Source of the DNA: an uncultured Acidobacteriota bacterium
GTDB lineage: Bacteria > Acidobacteriota > Thermoanaerobaculia > Multivoradales > UBA5704
DNA length: 64,000 nt
Reading direction: 5' to 3'
Assembly: GCA_963770895.1 (NCBI GenBank)
Contig: CAVYRF010000001.1
Span: forward strand, 768,001 to 832,000
A program made the translations under genes and the position numbers. Of the stretch, positions 30,618 to 39,751 are shown in pieces. Position 1 is the stretch's first letter; each line of letters begins with the position of its first letter. Under the pieces are notes generated by a model. The model was not told where the DNA came from, searched no databases, and worked only from the letters and a program-made list of their open reading frames with translations.

Positions 30618-32276
30618 ATGAAACTCGCCACCCACCTGCTGCCGCAAGCCGAACGGCTGACCGGGCGCATCGAAAGGCTGGAGGCGCCGCTGGTGCAGCT
30701 GTGGGGTTGGCCGGGCAGCGGCGGCGCCGGCGTGCTGCAGGCGTTTCTGGCGCGGCCCGACGCGGTGGGTCTGGCGCTCGCCGACTTGGCGGACCCCGAG
30801 GCGGCCCGCACCGCGTTCGCCGCCGCCGCCGCCGGCGCCGCCCGCTGGCTGGTCCTGGCGGGCGATCCGGGCGAGCGCGCGGCGGAGCTGGTGCGCTGGC
30901 TGCGCCCGCAGCAGCAGCTGGTCTTCGCCAGCACGCGGCGGTGGACCGACCTGCCGCAGCAGGTGGCGCTCATCCCGCCGCAGGAGCTGCTGCTGACCGC
31001 CGCCGAGGTGGGGCGCCTGTGGTACCTGATGACCGGACGCCAGCCCGGCAGCGCCACCCTCCAGGCCCTGGCCAAGGCCAGCGACGGCTGGTACCGCCCG
31101 CTGCGCCTGGCGATCGAGGCGACCGGCGGCGCCGGCCTGGACAGCGCCAGCCCCGACCGGCTGCTGGAAATCGCCGAAGTGCGGCTGTTCCTGCGTCACG
31201 AGATTCTGGACCTGCCGCCCGCCGCAGACCGCGACCTGCTGCTGGAGGCGCCGCGCGACCGCCCGCCCGCCGCGCAACAGGGCGCCTGGGAGGTGGTGGA
31301 GCGGCGCGGTCTGTGGGTCGAGGGGCAGGACCGCGACCGCCTGCCGGCGCTGCTCACCGCCTACCTGGAGCGCGAAAAGCGCCGCCGGCCCGCCTCCCCC
31401 CAGGCCTCCCTCCAGGCCACCGCCACCGCCGCCGCCGCCGCTGCCGGCGCCGCCGCCGGCCGGGGAGCCGCCGCGCGTGGGCGCAAGCGGCAGCGCGAGC
31501 CGCCGGCCGGCGCCGCGTACCAGGTGCGCCTGTTCGCCGCGCCGGTGGTGCGCCAGATCGCCGACGGCCAGGTGCGCGACGTCACCTGGTCGCTGCGCCG
31601 GTCGTTTCTGGTGTTGGCGTTTCTGGCCTCCTCGCCCAACCTTTCAGCGGTGCGCGAAGATCTTGAGGAAGCGGTCTGGCCGGCCGACGGCGAGCACACC
31701 ATCGACCGCAACTTCCATCCCACCCTGAGCCACCTGCGCCGCTCGCTGGAGCTGTCGGCGGCGCGCTCGTCGTCGGCCAGCCCGTTGCTCTACCGCGCCG
31801 GCAGCTACCGTCTCAATCCCGAGATCGAGTGGGACATCGACGCCCAGACCTTCCAGAAGCGCATCGAAGAGGGGCGCGACCTGGCTGCCGCCGGCGACCT
31901 GCCGGCCGCCGCCGAGGCCTGGCGGCGCGCCTGGAAGGTGTACGGCGGTCCCTTTCTGCAGGGCCACTACGAAGCCTGGACGGTGGCGCGACGCGAAAGC
32001 TACCAGAGCCAGTACGTCGAGCTGCTGCGCAGCCTGGGCGACCTGTCGGTGCGCCTCGATCACGCCGTCGACGCCCTGGACGCCTTCCGTGCCGTACTGT
32101 TCGAAGACCCGCTGCAGGAGCGCACCCACCTGGCGGTGATGCGCCTGTACGCCGGCCAGGGGCGGCGCGACCTGGTGCGCCGCCAGTACGAGCGCCTGTG
32201 CACCCTGCTGCTCGACGAGCTGGGGGTCGAGCCGCTCCCCGAAACCGTGCAGGAATACCACCGCCTGATGAGTTAG
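30618..32276 (+). CDS. Bacterial transcriptional activator domain (BTAD/SARP-like) regulator with degenerate MalT-like N-terminus
   Basis: wHTH (VWP..NFHPTLSHLRR..YRLN) and BTAD (YGGPFL, DPLQE..MRLY..ELGVEP). Confidence 0.85.
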   Translation: MKLATHLLPQAERLTGRIERLEAPLVQLWGWPGSGGAGVLQAFLARPDAVGLALADLADPEAARTAFAAAAAGAARWLVLAGDPGERAAELVRWLRPQQQLVFASTRRWTDLPQQVALIPPQELLLTAAEVGRLWYLMTGRQPGSATLQALAKASDGWYRPLRLAIEATGGAGLDSASPDRLLEIAEVRLFLRHEILDLPPAADRDLLLEAPRDRPPAAQQGAWEVVERRGLWVEGQDRDRLPALLTAYLEREKRRRPASPQASLQATATAAAAAAGAAAGRGAAARGRKRQREPPAGAAYQVRLFAAPVVRQIADGQVRDVTWSLRRSFLVLAFLASSPNLSAVREDLEEAVWPADGEHTIDRNFHPTLSHLRRSLELSAARSSSASPLLYRAGSYRLNPEIEWDIDAQTFQKRIEEGRDLAAAGDLPAAAEAWRRAWKVYGGPFLQGHYEAWTVARRESYQSQYVELLRSLGDLSVRLDHAVDALDAFRAVLFEDPLQERTHLAVMRLYAGQGRRDLVRRQYERLCTLLLDELGVEPLPETVQEYHRLMS

Positions 32277-32397
32277 CGGCCTGTCATCGAGACAGGCGCC
32301 AGCTTGCACCGAGACGGGCGCCAGCTTGCCGCCGGCGACGCTGCGCCGGCGGCAAGCTCAGCTCCCTCCCCGCCGTCCCCGCGCGTTTACGGCCGGA

Positions 32398-32961
32398 TCA
32401 CCGGTGCTGCCAGTGGCCGCCCTGGAAGTGCCAGTGGTGGTCGAAGTTGACCCAATGCCCCGGCGCCCAGTATTGGCCCGGCCGGTTCAGCTCCCAGCGT
32501 CCGCCGACCCAGACGTGCGTCCTGCCGTCCCAGCGCCAGTAGCCGGGGATCCAGAAATGGTTGGGCGACGGCGCGACCGGCACCACTTCCACCTGCGCGG
32601 CCGGCGGCGGCGTGTCGGTCGTCACGTCGACGTAGCCGGCGGGAGGGGCGATCGGCCCCCAATAGCCGGCATGGAACACCCAATCGCCGTTGACCTGCAC
32701 CCACTCGGGCCGCACCCAGACCTGGTGAGCGCGGCCGACCTCCCAGTGGCCGCCGTTCCAGGCCCAGGAGTTGTGCTCCCAGCCCCAATGGCCGCCGATC
32801 CAGTAATGCCCCGGCCCCGGCGAGGGCGGAATCCGCTCCACCCGCAGCGCCGGCGGCGCCGCGTGCACGCGGATCTCCATCCGCATGGCGCTGGCCGGAG
32901 CCGCCGCCGCAAAACACGTCAAGATCAGGCACAACATCAGCAACGCATGGCGTTTCTTCAC
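32398..32961 (-). CDS. Secreted YXWGXW-repeat protein
   Basis: Signal peptide; two blocks of PPP..E..P.P..WIxG(H/Y)WxW..WxxGxW repeats. Confidence 0.88.
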   Translation of the reverse strand: MKKRHALLMLCLILTCFAAAAPASAMRMEIRVHAAPPALRVERIPPSPGPGHYWIGGHWGWEHNSWAWNGGHWEVGRAHQVWVRPEWVQVNGDWVFHAGYWGPIAPPAGYVDVTTDTPPPAAQVEVVPVAPSPNHFWIPGYWRWDGRTHVWVGGRWELNRPGQYWAPGHWVNFDHHWHFQGGHWQHR

Positions 32962-33146
32962 AGTGGTCTCCTCGATCGATCGGTAAGCCCGGCTTGGTAA
33001 ATCCGACGTGCCAATTCTACCAGCCTCGACCCGGCGATGATCGGCGCCTTGCAGCCCATCCAGAGCTCCCGCGTCCGCGCCGCCTGCCCCTGAACCCAGG
33101 CGGTAGGCGCGCAGTTTGCACTAGTGGTATGGCAGGAGGTGCAGGG

Positions 33147-33362
33147 ATGCCAACTGCCAAAAAGTCCACCTCGTCAAGAAAGAAGTCCAGCACCACCGGT
33201 GAGAAGAAGGTCGAGCGTGCCATGCACGAAAAGAAAGAGGGCACGCTGCGTTCCGGCAAGTCCGGCAAAAAGGTGACCAGCCGCAAGCAGGCGATCGCCA
33301 TCGGGCTGTCCGAAGCGCGCAAGGAAGGGGCCAAGATCCCCAAGAAGAAGGCGAAGAGCTGA
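33147..33362 (+). CDS. Small basic protein (DUF6496-like)
   Basis: KVERAMHE.K.GTLRSG..KVTSRKQAIAIGLSEAR; RBS AGGAGG. Confidence 0.85.
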   Translation: MPTAKKSTSSRKKSSTTGEKKVERAMHEKKEGTLRSGKSGKKVTSRKQAIAIGLSEARKEGAKIPKKKAKS

Positions 33363-33461
33363 ATCACAAGCAGGTCGGGCACGGCGCCCCGGCACGGATC
33401 TGACCTTTCCGCGCCTGGTCTGTCGACGATGACCGTCCACAACTTTGAGAAGGAGACCGAC

Positions 33462-33971
33462 ATGAAGATGGAATCGCTGACCGATCTCTACCTGGAACAG
33501 CTGCGCGACCTGTACGACGCCGAAAACCAGCTGGTCGAAGCCCTGCCCAAGATGGCCGAAGCGGCCCACAGCCCCGACCTGAAGAAAGGTTTCAACGACC
33601 ACTTGCGCCAGACCCACGAGCACGTCACCCGCCTGGAGCGCATCTTCAAGGCCCTGGACGAAAAGCCCGACGGCACCACCTGCAAGGCGATGAAGGGGCT
33701 GGTCAAGGAGGGCGACGAGATGATCAAGGCCAAGGGCGATCCCGACGTCCTGGACGCCGGCCTGATCGCCTGCGCCCAGCGCGTCGAGCACTACGAGATC
33801 GCCGCCTACGGCACCGTGCGCGCCTACTCCAAGGCGCTCAACCGCGCCGACGCGACGGCGCTCATCGAGAAGACCCTGCAGGAAGAGAAGGAAGCCGACC
33901 ACAAGCTCACCCAGCTGGCCGAAAGCCACATCAATTCGGACGCCAGCCGGGCGATGGCGGCCGTGGTCTGA
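33462..33971 (+). CDS. YciE/YciF ferritin-like stress protein (DUF892)
   Basis: LRDLYDAENQL, CKAMKGL, AQRVEHYEIAAYGT and TLQEEK; RBS AAGGAG. Confidence 0.93.
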   Translation: MKMESLTDLYLEQLRDLYDAENQLVEALPKMAEAAHSPDLKKGFNDHLRQTHEHVTRLERIFKALDEKPDGTTCKAMKGLVKEGDEMIKAKGDPDVLDAGLIACAQRVEHYEIAAYGTVRAYSKALNRADATALIEKTLQEEKEADHKLTQLAESHINSDASRAMAAVV

Positions 33972-33995
33972 TCGACCCGGTCCGCTACCGGCAGT

Positions 33996-34025
33996 GCGAC
34001 GCCCCGGCCGCGGCCGGGGCGTCGC
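33996..34025. terminator. Perfect 30-bp palindrome (hairpin / possible terminator)
   Basis: GCGACGCCCCGGCCGCGGCCGGGGCGTCGC about 25 bp after the ferritin-like gene; no U-tract. Confidence 0.5.
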
Positions 34026-34117
34026 CGTCTCTGGGCTCGGCGGCGCAGAAGTTGCATGGGTGTCAGGCATTTGCCGCCTAGCTTTGCTTTTGCAGCGACA
34101 CGACCGCCACCAAGGAG

Positions 34118-34660
34118 ATGTTCATGGACAATCAGGCGATGCCCGGCGTTTCCGTGCAGGATCTGGAGCTGCCCCTGGAGCGCGACGTCTTTTTGCGCAC
34201 CCTGATCCGCGAGCTGTCGGGCACTCTGCAGGACATCGTGGGCATGGAAGAGGCCTCCGGCTTCATCAGCGTCGTCGGACAGAAGGTGGGCGACCAGATC
34301 AACGAAGATTACAAGCGGGCCCTGTCCGTGTCCCAGCTCGATCGCGGCCAGGTGGCGCAGGTCCTGGTGGACCTCAAGCGGCGGATCCAGGGGAAGTTCT
34401 ACGTCGTCGAGGAAGACGACCAGAAGATCGTGCTCGGCAATACCGCCTGTCCCTTCGCCGAAAAGGTCCAGGGGCGGCCGGCGCTGTGCATGATGACCTC
34501 CAATGTCTTCGGCGTCATCGCGGCGACCAACCTGGGCTACGCCAAGATCGCCATCGACAGGGCGATCGCCAGGGGCGACGCCGATTGCCGCGTGGTGATC
34601 TACCTCAAGCCGACCGAAGAGGCGCAGAGCGCCCAGGGGCGCGAATATTTCCAGGCCTAG
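34118..34660 (+). CDS. Methanogen output domain 1 (MetOD1; V4R-like) protein
   Basis: [34 protein letters not shown] and IARGD..C. Confidence 0.85.
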   Translation: MFMDNQAMPGVSVQDLELPLERDVFLRTLIRELSGTLQDIVGMEEASGFISVVGQKVGDQINEDYKRALSVSQLDRGQVAQVLVDLKRRIQGKFYVVEEDDQKIVLGNTACPFAEKVQGRPALCMMTSNVFGVIAATNLGYAKIAIDRAIARGDADCRVVIYLKPTEEAQSAQGREYFQA

Positions 34661-34688
34661 CCGCGGCTGAGCGAGCGAGCCTCCCAGC

Positions 34689-36293
34689 ATGCCCGTACCC
34701 TCGTTCTCGCGCTGGTCCGAGCTTTTACCGGAGCCGATGCTGCTGCTGTCGGCGCCGGACGGCCGCATCGTCGCCGCCAACCGCAGCGTCGACAAGCTGG
34801 ACCTGGACGCGGCGGCCCTGCCCGGCCGCCTGCTCGCCGACCTGGTGGTCGAAGACGCGGACCACGTCGCCGCCTACCTGCGCCAATGCGCGCGCAGCCG
34901 GCAGCTGATGCCGGGCTCCCTGACCATCCGGGGAGCGGACGGCGCGGCGACCCCCTGCCGCGGCGAGGGTGCGGTTTTCGAGCCGCGCACCGCCGCGGCC
35001 CCGGCCCTGCTGCTCTTGCGGCTGCTGCGCAAGCAGGACTCGGTCTACCGGTTCCTGGCCTTGAAGGAGCGCATCGAAGCGCTCAACCGCGAAATTACGC
35101 GGCGCCGGCAAGCCGAAGAAGAGGTCAAGCAACAGCGCGAGTTTCTGCACGTCACCGTGCAGCGCCTGGCCGAAGCGGACCAGCGCAAGGACGAGTTCCT
35201 GGCCATGCTGAGCCACGAGCTGCGCAACCCGCTGGCCCCCATTCGCAACGCCCTCACCATCCTCGGCTCGCCTGACGCGCCGGCCGATGCCCAGCGCGAC
35301 GCACGAGCGATGATGTCGCGCCAGATCCGCCACCTGGTGCGCCTGGTGGACGACCTGCTCGACATCTCGCGCATCACCCAGGGCAAGATCCGCCTGCAGA
35401 AAGAGCGCGTCGACCTCGCCGAGCTGGCGGCGCGCACCGCCGACTCGCTGCGGCCCGCCGCGGATGCCAAGGCGGTGGCGCTCGCCCTGCGCCTGCCCGG
35501 CGAACCGGTGTTCCTGGACGCGGACCCCGTGCGCCTGGAGCAGGTGCTCTTCAACCTGCTGCACAACGGCGTAAAATTCACCCCCGCCGGCGGCCAGCTG
35601 TGGCTGGAGGTCGCGGCCGCCGCCGGAGAAGTTTCGCTACGAGTGCGCGACACCGGGGTGGGGATCGCGGCCGACCTCCTGCCGCAAATCTTCGAGCCCT
35701 TCGTGCAGGCCGACCGGTCGATCGACCGCTCGCAAGGCGGCCTGGGCCTGGGCCTCACCCTGGTGCGCAGCCTGAGCGAGCTGCACGGCGGCTCCGTCGC
35801 CGTGACCAGCGAAGGCGAAGGGCGCGGCAGCGAGTTCACCGTGCGCCTGCCCCTGCCCGGCCAGCCCGCCGCCGCCGCCGCGCCGGCGCCCAGCCCGGAC
35901 CCACAACCGGAGCACCCGCGGCGGGTCCTGGTGGTGGACGACAACGAAGATGCCGCGCAGTCGATCGCCATCCTGCTCGGCCTGTGGGGCTACCAGGCGA
36001 CGACCGCCTACGACGGCAATGCCGCGCTGGCGGCAGCGGCAGACTTCGACCCCGACCTGGTGCTGCTCGACCTGGGGCTGCCAGGCCTCGACGGTTGCGA
36101 AGTGGCGCGCCGCCTGCGCGCCGGCGGCTGGCGCGGGCTCCTCGTCGCGCTCACCGGCTACGGTCGGGACGAAGACCGCGCCCGCGCCCGCGAAGCGGGC
36201 TTCGATCGCCATCTCCTCAAGCCCGTCGACCCCGACGCGCTGCGCCGGCTCCTGCCGGACTGGTCGCCGCCCCAACCGCTCACTCGGCGCTGA
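34689..36293 (+). CDS. Hybrid sensor histidine kinase/response regulator with N-terminal PAS-like domain
   Basis: LSHELRNPL H-box, NLLHNGVKFT, DTGVG and GLGLGL; receiver domain VVDDN..LDLGLP..KP. Confidence 0.95.
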   Translation: MPVPSFSRWSELLPEPMLLLSAPDGRIVAANRSVDKLDLDAAALPGRLLADLVVEDADHVAAYLRQCARSRQLMPGSLTIRGADGAATPCRGEGAVFEPRTAAAPALLLLRLLRKQDSVYRFLALKERIEALNREITRRRQAEEEVKQQREFLHVTVQRLAEADQRKDEFLAMLSHELRNPLAPIRNALTILGSPDAPADAQRDARAMMSRQIRHLVRLVDDLLDISRITQGKIRLQKERVDLAELAARTADSLRPAADAKAVALALRLPGEPVFLDADPVRLEQVLFNLLHNGVKFTPAGGQLWLEVAAAAGEVSLRVRDTGVGIAADLLPQIFEPFVQADRSIDRSQGGLGLGLTLVRSLSELHGGSVAVTSEGEGRGSEFTVRLPLPGQPAAAAAPAPSPDPQPEHPRRVLVVDDNEDAAQSIAILLGLWGYQATTAYDGNAALAAAADFDPDLVLLDLGLPGLDGCEVARRLRAGGWRGLLVALTGYGRDEDRARAREAGFDRHLLKPVDPDALRRLLPDWSPPQPLTRR

Positions 36294-37690
36294 GCGCCTG
36301 CTTGGGGTCCATCTGGATCGCCGCCAGCGCCGGCACCAGGTTGGCCGCCAGGGCCAGCGCGGTCACCAGCGCCGCGGTGAGCAGCAGAATCGCCGGGTCG
36401 ACCGGGTCGACGCCGTACAGCAGGCTGGCGGCCAGCCGATTGACCGCGAGGGCGACGGCAATGCCGATGGCGACGCCCAGGCCCGGCGGCCAGCCCGATC
36501 TGCATGGTCGCGAAGTAGTCCGGCGCGACCGCGTTGACGGAGATCTGCGGCGCGCCCTCTCCCGGGTGCGGCGGCACGTAGCGCTCGGGCGCCGCGCCGA
36601 CGCTCGCGAGCTTGACGCTGAACGGCAGCTGCGTCGCCAGGCTGACCGCGCTCACGCCGGGGAGCCCTCGCAGCCGCGTCTCGATCCGCGCGAGCAGCTG
36701 CGGGCCGGTCCGCGCGTCGTAGCCCGCGTAGCCGAGGTTCAAGGAGGCGACCAGCAGGCCGTCGGAGCGGAACCCCAAGTCCGTGGCCTGGGCGTTGCCG
36801 AGGCTGCGAAAGAAGAGTCCGGCGCCGGCCAGCAGCACGAAGGTGGCGGCGATCTGGGCGATGACCAGCATGCCGCGCAGCTGCAGCGGCGACCGCCGCC
36901 CTGCCGCCCCCACGTCCCCGTCGCGCAGCGCCACGCCCAGCCGCGGGCGGACGATCTGCAGCGCCGGCAGCAGTCCGAACAGCACCCCGGTGCCGAGCGC
37001 CAGGCCGAGAGTGAGCAGCAGGACGCGCGCGTCGAATTCGATCGGAAAGGAGATCGGGATCTGCATCGGCAGGCGCAGCGAGCGGAGCACGAAGGAACAG
37101 CCCGGCGGCATTGGCGCAGGCAACCAGCAGCACCAGGCCGACGACGCCCTGCAGCAGCGCCGACAGCGCGACCACGCCGTCGCGCATCCCCGGATAGATC
37201 CTGGCCTCGGACTCGGGCAGCAAGCGCAAGCTGATGCCGGCGTTGGCGCGCGGATAGAGCTGGCGCAGCTGGGTCGCGATCGCATTCATCGCGTCCGCCG
37301 CCTGGTGCAGGCTGACGCCCGGCCGCAGCCGCCCGGTGATCTGCAGCCAGTTGCCGTCGCGCTGCTGCAACGGGTCGGACCCCGCCGTGAAGGCCTTCTG
37401 GAGCGACGGGGTCATGGACAAGGGGACCCAGATCTCCTCCAAAAGGCCGGTGTTGGGGCCGGTGAAGCCGGCCGGCGCGACGCCCACCACCTTGAAGCCG
37501 GTGCCGTTGAGCACCAGCGCTCCGGCGCCGCCACCGGCAAGGGGCGCAGCAGGATCGCGTCGACCAGGCTGAACACGGCGGCGTTGGCGCCGATCGCCAG
37601 GCCCAGGGTGGCGACGATCACTGCCGAGAAACCGGGTCGCCGCGCCAGCGTGCGCACGGCAAGGCGAAGGTCATCGGCCAGGCCGGTCAT
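36280..37690 (-). pseudogene. ADOP/MacB-FtsX type ABC permease remnant with multiple internal deletions and frameshifts
   Basis: N-terminus (DDLRLAVRTLARRPGF..GANAAVFS), middle (LLVACANAAGL; LVIAQIA) and C-terminus (MDPKQALSAE) are in different frames; only about 1.4 kb. Confidence 0.8.
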
Positions 37691-38546
37691 GTGCTGTCCT
37701 CCCATCGCCAGGGCTCGCCGCGTGCAGCACGTGGCCGCCCTTGTCGGGAAGCTCGTGCGCCCGGCTGGGAAAGTAGAGCGCGGCGATCTGTGGCGGCCCC
37801 AAGTCTGCGATCTCGGTAAAGCCGAGCGCCGTCAACATCTCGCGCAGCTGGTCGCGGTCGAAGTAGCTCACCCACGCTTCGCCCAATGCGGCCACCCGCG
37901 CGGCGCGCTGCTCGTGAGCCGCACGCCATTCGGCCGGCAGCGTTGCCGGCGGATCGCTGTAGTCGAAGACCACGTGCGCACCGTCGGGCAGGCTGCCGAT
38001 GAAGCCCAGCGTCGACCGCACGGCGTCCGCGGTCAGGTAGGGCACCACGCCGAGCCAGGTGAAGAACGTGCGCTGCGCCGGATCGAAGCCGGCCGCCGCC
38101 AGGCCGCCGGCCAGCGTCTCGCGTTCGAAATCGACCGGCGCAAAGGTCAGCGACGCCGGCAGCGCGATCGCCGCCTCTTCCAGCCGCCGGCGTTTCCATT
38201 GCTGCGTCGCAGGATGGTCGACCTCGAAGATCCGCACCCGGCCGCCAAGCTCGCTGCGGTACGCGAACGTGTCCAGGCCGGCGCCCAGCACCACCACCTG
38301 GCGCACGCCGCCGGCGACCGCGGCGGCCAGCGCATCTTCGGCAAAGCGCGTCCTGGCGGCGATGAAAATCCGCATCCTGCCGCCCCCAGGATGCTCTTCC
38401 GCCCAGCGGGCGATGCCCGCCGCGTCCTCGCCCAGGATGCGCAAAGCCAGCGGATCGGCGAAGATCCGCCCCTGCTCCAGCACCTGGTGGGCGGCGCGAT
38501 GAGCCGCCGCGGCCCACGCCGTCCGGCTCGGCGTTCCCAACTGCAT
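37671..38546 (-). CDS. SAM-dependent methyltransferase (LCM/YktD-like)
   Basis: SRTA..AAHRA, ARTRFAED, QVVVLGAGLDT, FEVDHPATQ and WLGVVPYL. Confidence 0.9.
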   Translation of the reverse strand: MQLGTPSRTAWAAAAHRAAHQVLEQGRIFADPLALRILGEDAAGIARWAEEHPGGGRMRIFIAARTRFAEDALAAAVAGGVRQVVVLGAGLDTFAYRSELGGRVRIFEVDHPATQQWKRRRLEEAAIALPASLTFAPVDFERETLAGGLAAAGFDPAQRTFFTWLGVVPYLTADAVRSTLGFIGSLPDGAHVVFDYSDPPATLPAEWRAAHEQRAARVAALGEAWVSYFDRDQLREMLTALGFTEIADLGPPQIAALYFPSRAHELPDKGGHVLHAASPGDGRTAHDRPGR

Positions 38547-38658
38547 GCGCGGAGCATACAACGCGGCACCGCACCGTCCGGCCGCCGGCTGCCGTGCCGC
38601 GCCGGCGCCGTGCCGAGGCTCGCAGCCCGGCGGCCGATGTCGGCTAAGCTTGGGGGCG

Positions 38659-39714
38659 ATGTTCGGCACGCGCTATCCCATCGTGCAGGCGCCGATGGCC
38701 GGGGGCACCGATACTCCCGAGCTGGTGGCGGCGGTGTCCCAGGCGGGCGGCCTGGGGTCGCTCGGCTGTGGGTACCTGAGCCCGGAAGCCATCGCCGCGG
38801 CCATCGGGCGGGTGCGGTCGCTGACCAGCAAGCCCTTCGCGGTCAACCTGTTCGCTCTCGACTACCCGCCGCTCGGCCGCGACCCGGCGCCGATGCTGGC
38901 GCTGCTCGGCGCCTATCACCGGGAGCTGGGGCTGCCGGCGCCGGCGGCGCCGGAGCTGCCCGGACAGACCTTTGCCGACCAGGCGGCGGTGGTGCTCGCG
39001 GCGCGGGTGCCGGTCTTCAGCTTCACCTTCGGGATTCCGCCGCGCGACATGCTGGCTGCCTTTGCGGCGGCCGGCACCGTGACCGTCGGCACCGCGACGA
39101 CGGTGCGCGAAGCGGCCGTGCTGGCCGCCGCCGGCGTCGACGCGGTGTCGGCGCAGGGCGGCGAAGCGGGAGCGCACCGCGGCACCTTCGACGGCGACTT
39201 TGCGGCATCCATGGTGCCGATGGCCGACCTGGTGCGCGACATCGTGCGCACGGTGGCGGTGCCGGTGATCGCGGCGGGTGGCATCATGGACGGCGCCGAC
39301 ATCCGCGCGGCGCTGGGGCTGGGCGCCGCGGCCGTGCAGCTGGGTACCGCCTTCCTGGCCTGCCCGGAATCGGGAGCCGCCGCGGCATACAAGGCCGCGG
39401 TCCTTGGCGCCGGGGCCGCCGGCGCGTCGACCGAAGCCGGCGGGAACGCCGGCCCCACGGCGGTGACGCGCGCCTTTTCGGGGCGGCCGTCGCGCGGCCT
39501 GCGCAACCGCTTCATGACCGAGGTCGAAGCGCACCCCCAGGCCATCCTGCCGTATCCCTGGCAGAACTCGGCGACGCGCCCCCTGCGTGCCGCCGCGGGG
39601 CGCGCCGGCAGGGCGGAATTCCTGTCGCTGTGGGCCGGCCAGGGGGTCGGCCGCGCGCGGGCGCTTGCCGCGGGCGACCTGGTCGCGACCCTGGCCCGCG
39701 AGGCGGGTCTGTAG
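38659..39714 (+). CDS. Nitronate monooxygenase family flavoprotein
   Basis: PIVQAPMAGG, QGGEAGAHRG, IAAGGIMDG, LGTAFL, FSGR and LWAGQG. Confidence 0.92.
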   Translation: MFGTRYPIVQAPMAGGTDTPELVAAVSQAGGLGSLGCGYLSPEAIAAAIGRVRSLTSKPFAVNLFALDYPPLGRDPAPMLALLGAYHRELGLPAPAAPELPGQTFADQAAVVLAARVPVFSFTFGIPPRDMLAAFAAAGTVTVGTATTVREAAVLAAAGVDAVSAQGGEAGAHRGTFDGDFAASMVPMADLVRDIVRTVAVPVIAAGGIMDGADIRAALGLGAAAVQLGTAFLACPESGAAAAYKAAVLGAGAAGASTEAGGNAGPTAVTRAFSGRPSRGLRNRFMTEVEAHPQAILPYPWQNSATRPLRAAAGRAGRAEFLSLWAGQGVGRARALAAGDLVATLAREAGL

Positions 39715-39751
39715 CGCGCGCACGGCCGCGGTCGTCAGACTTGAGAACCTT

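Noticed and set aside
32995-33016. TGGCACG on the minus strand upstream of the YXWGXW gene as a sigma-54 promoter
   Set aside because: The -12 TTGC element is missing at the required spacing
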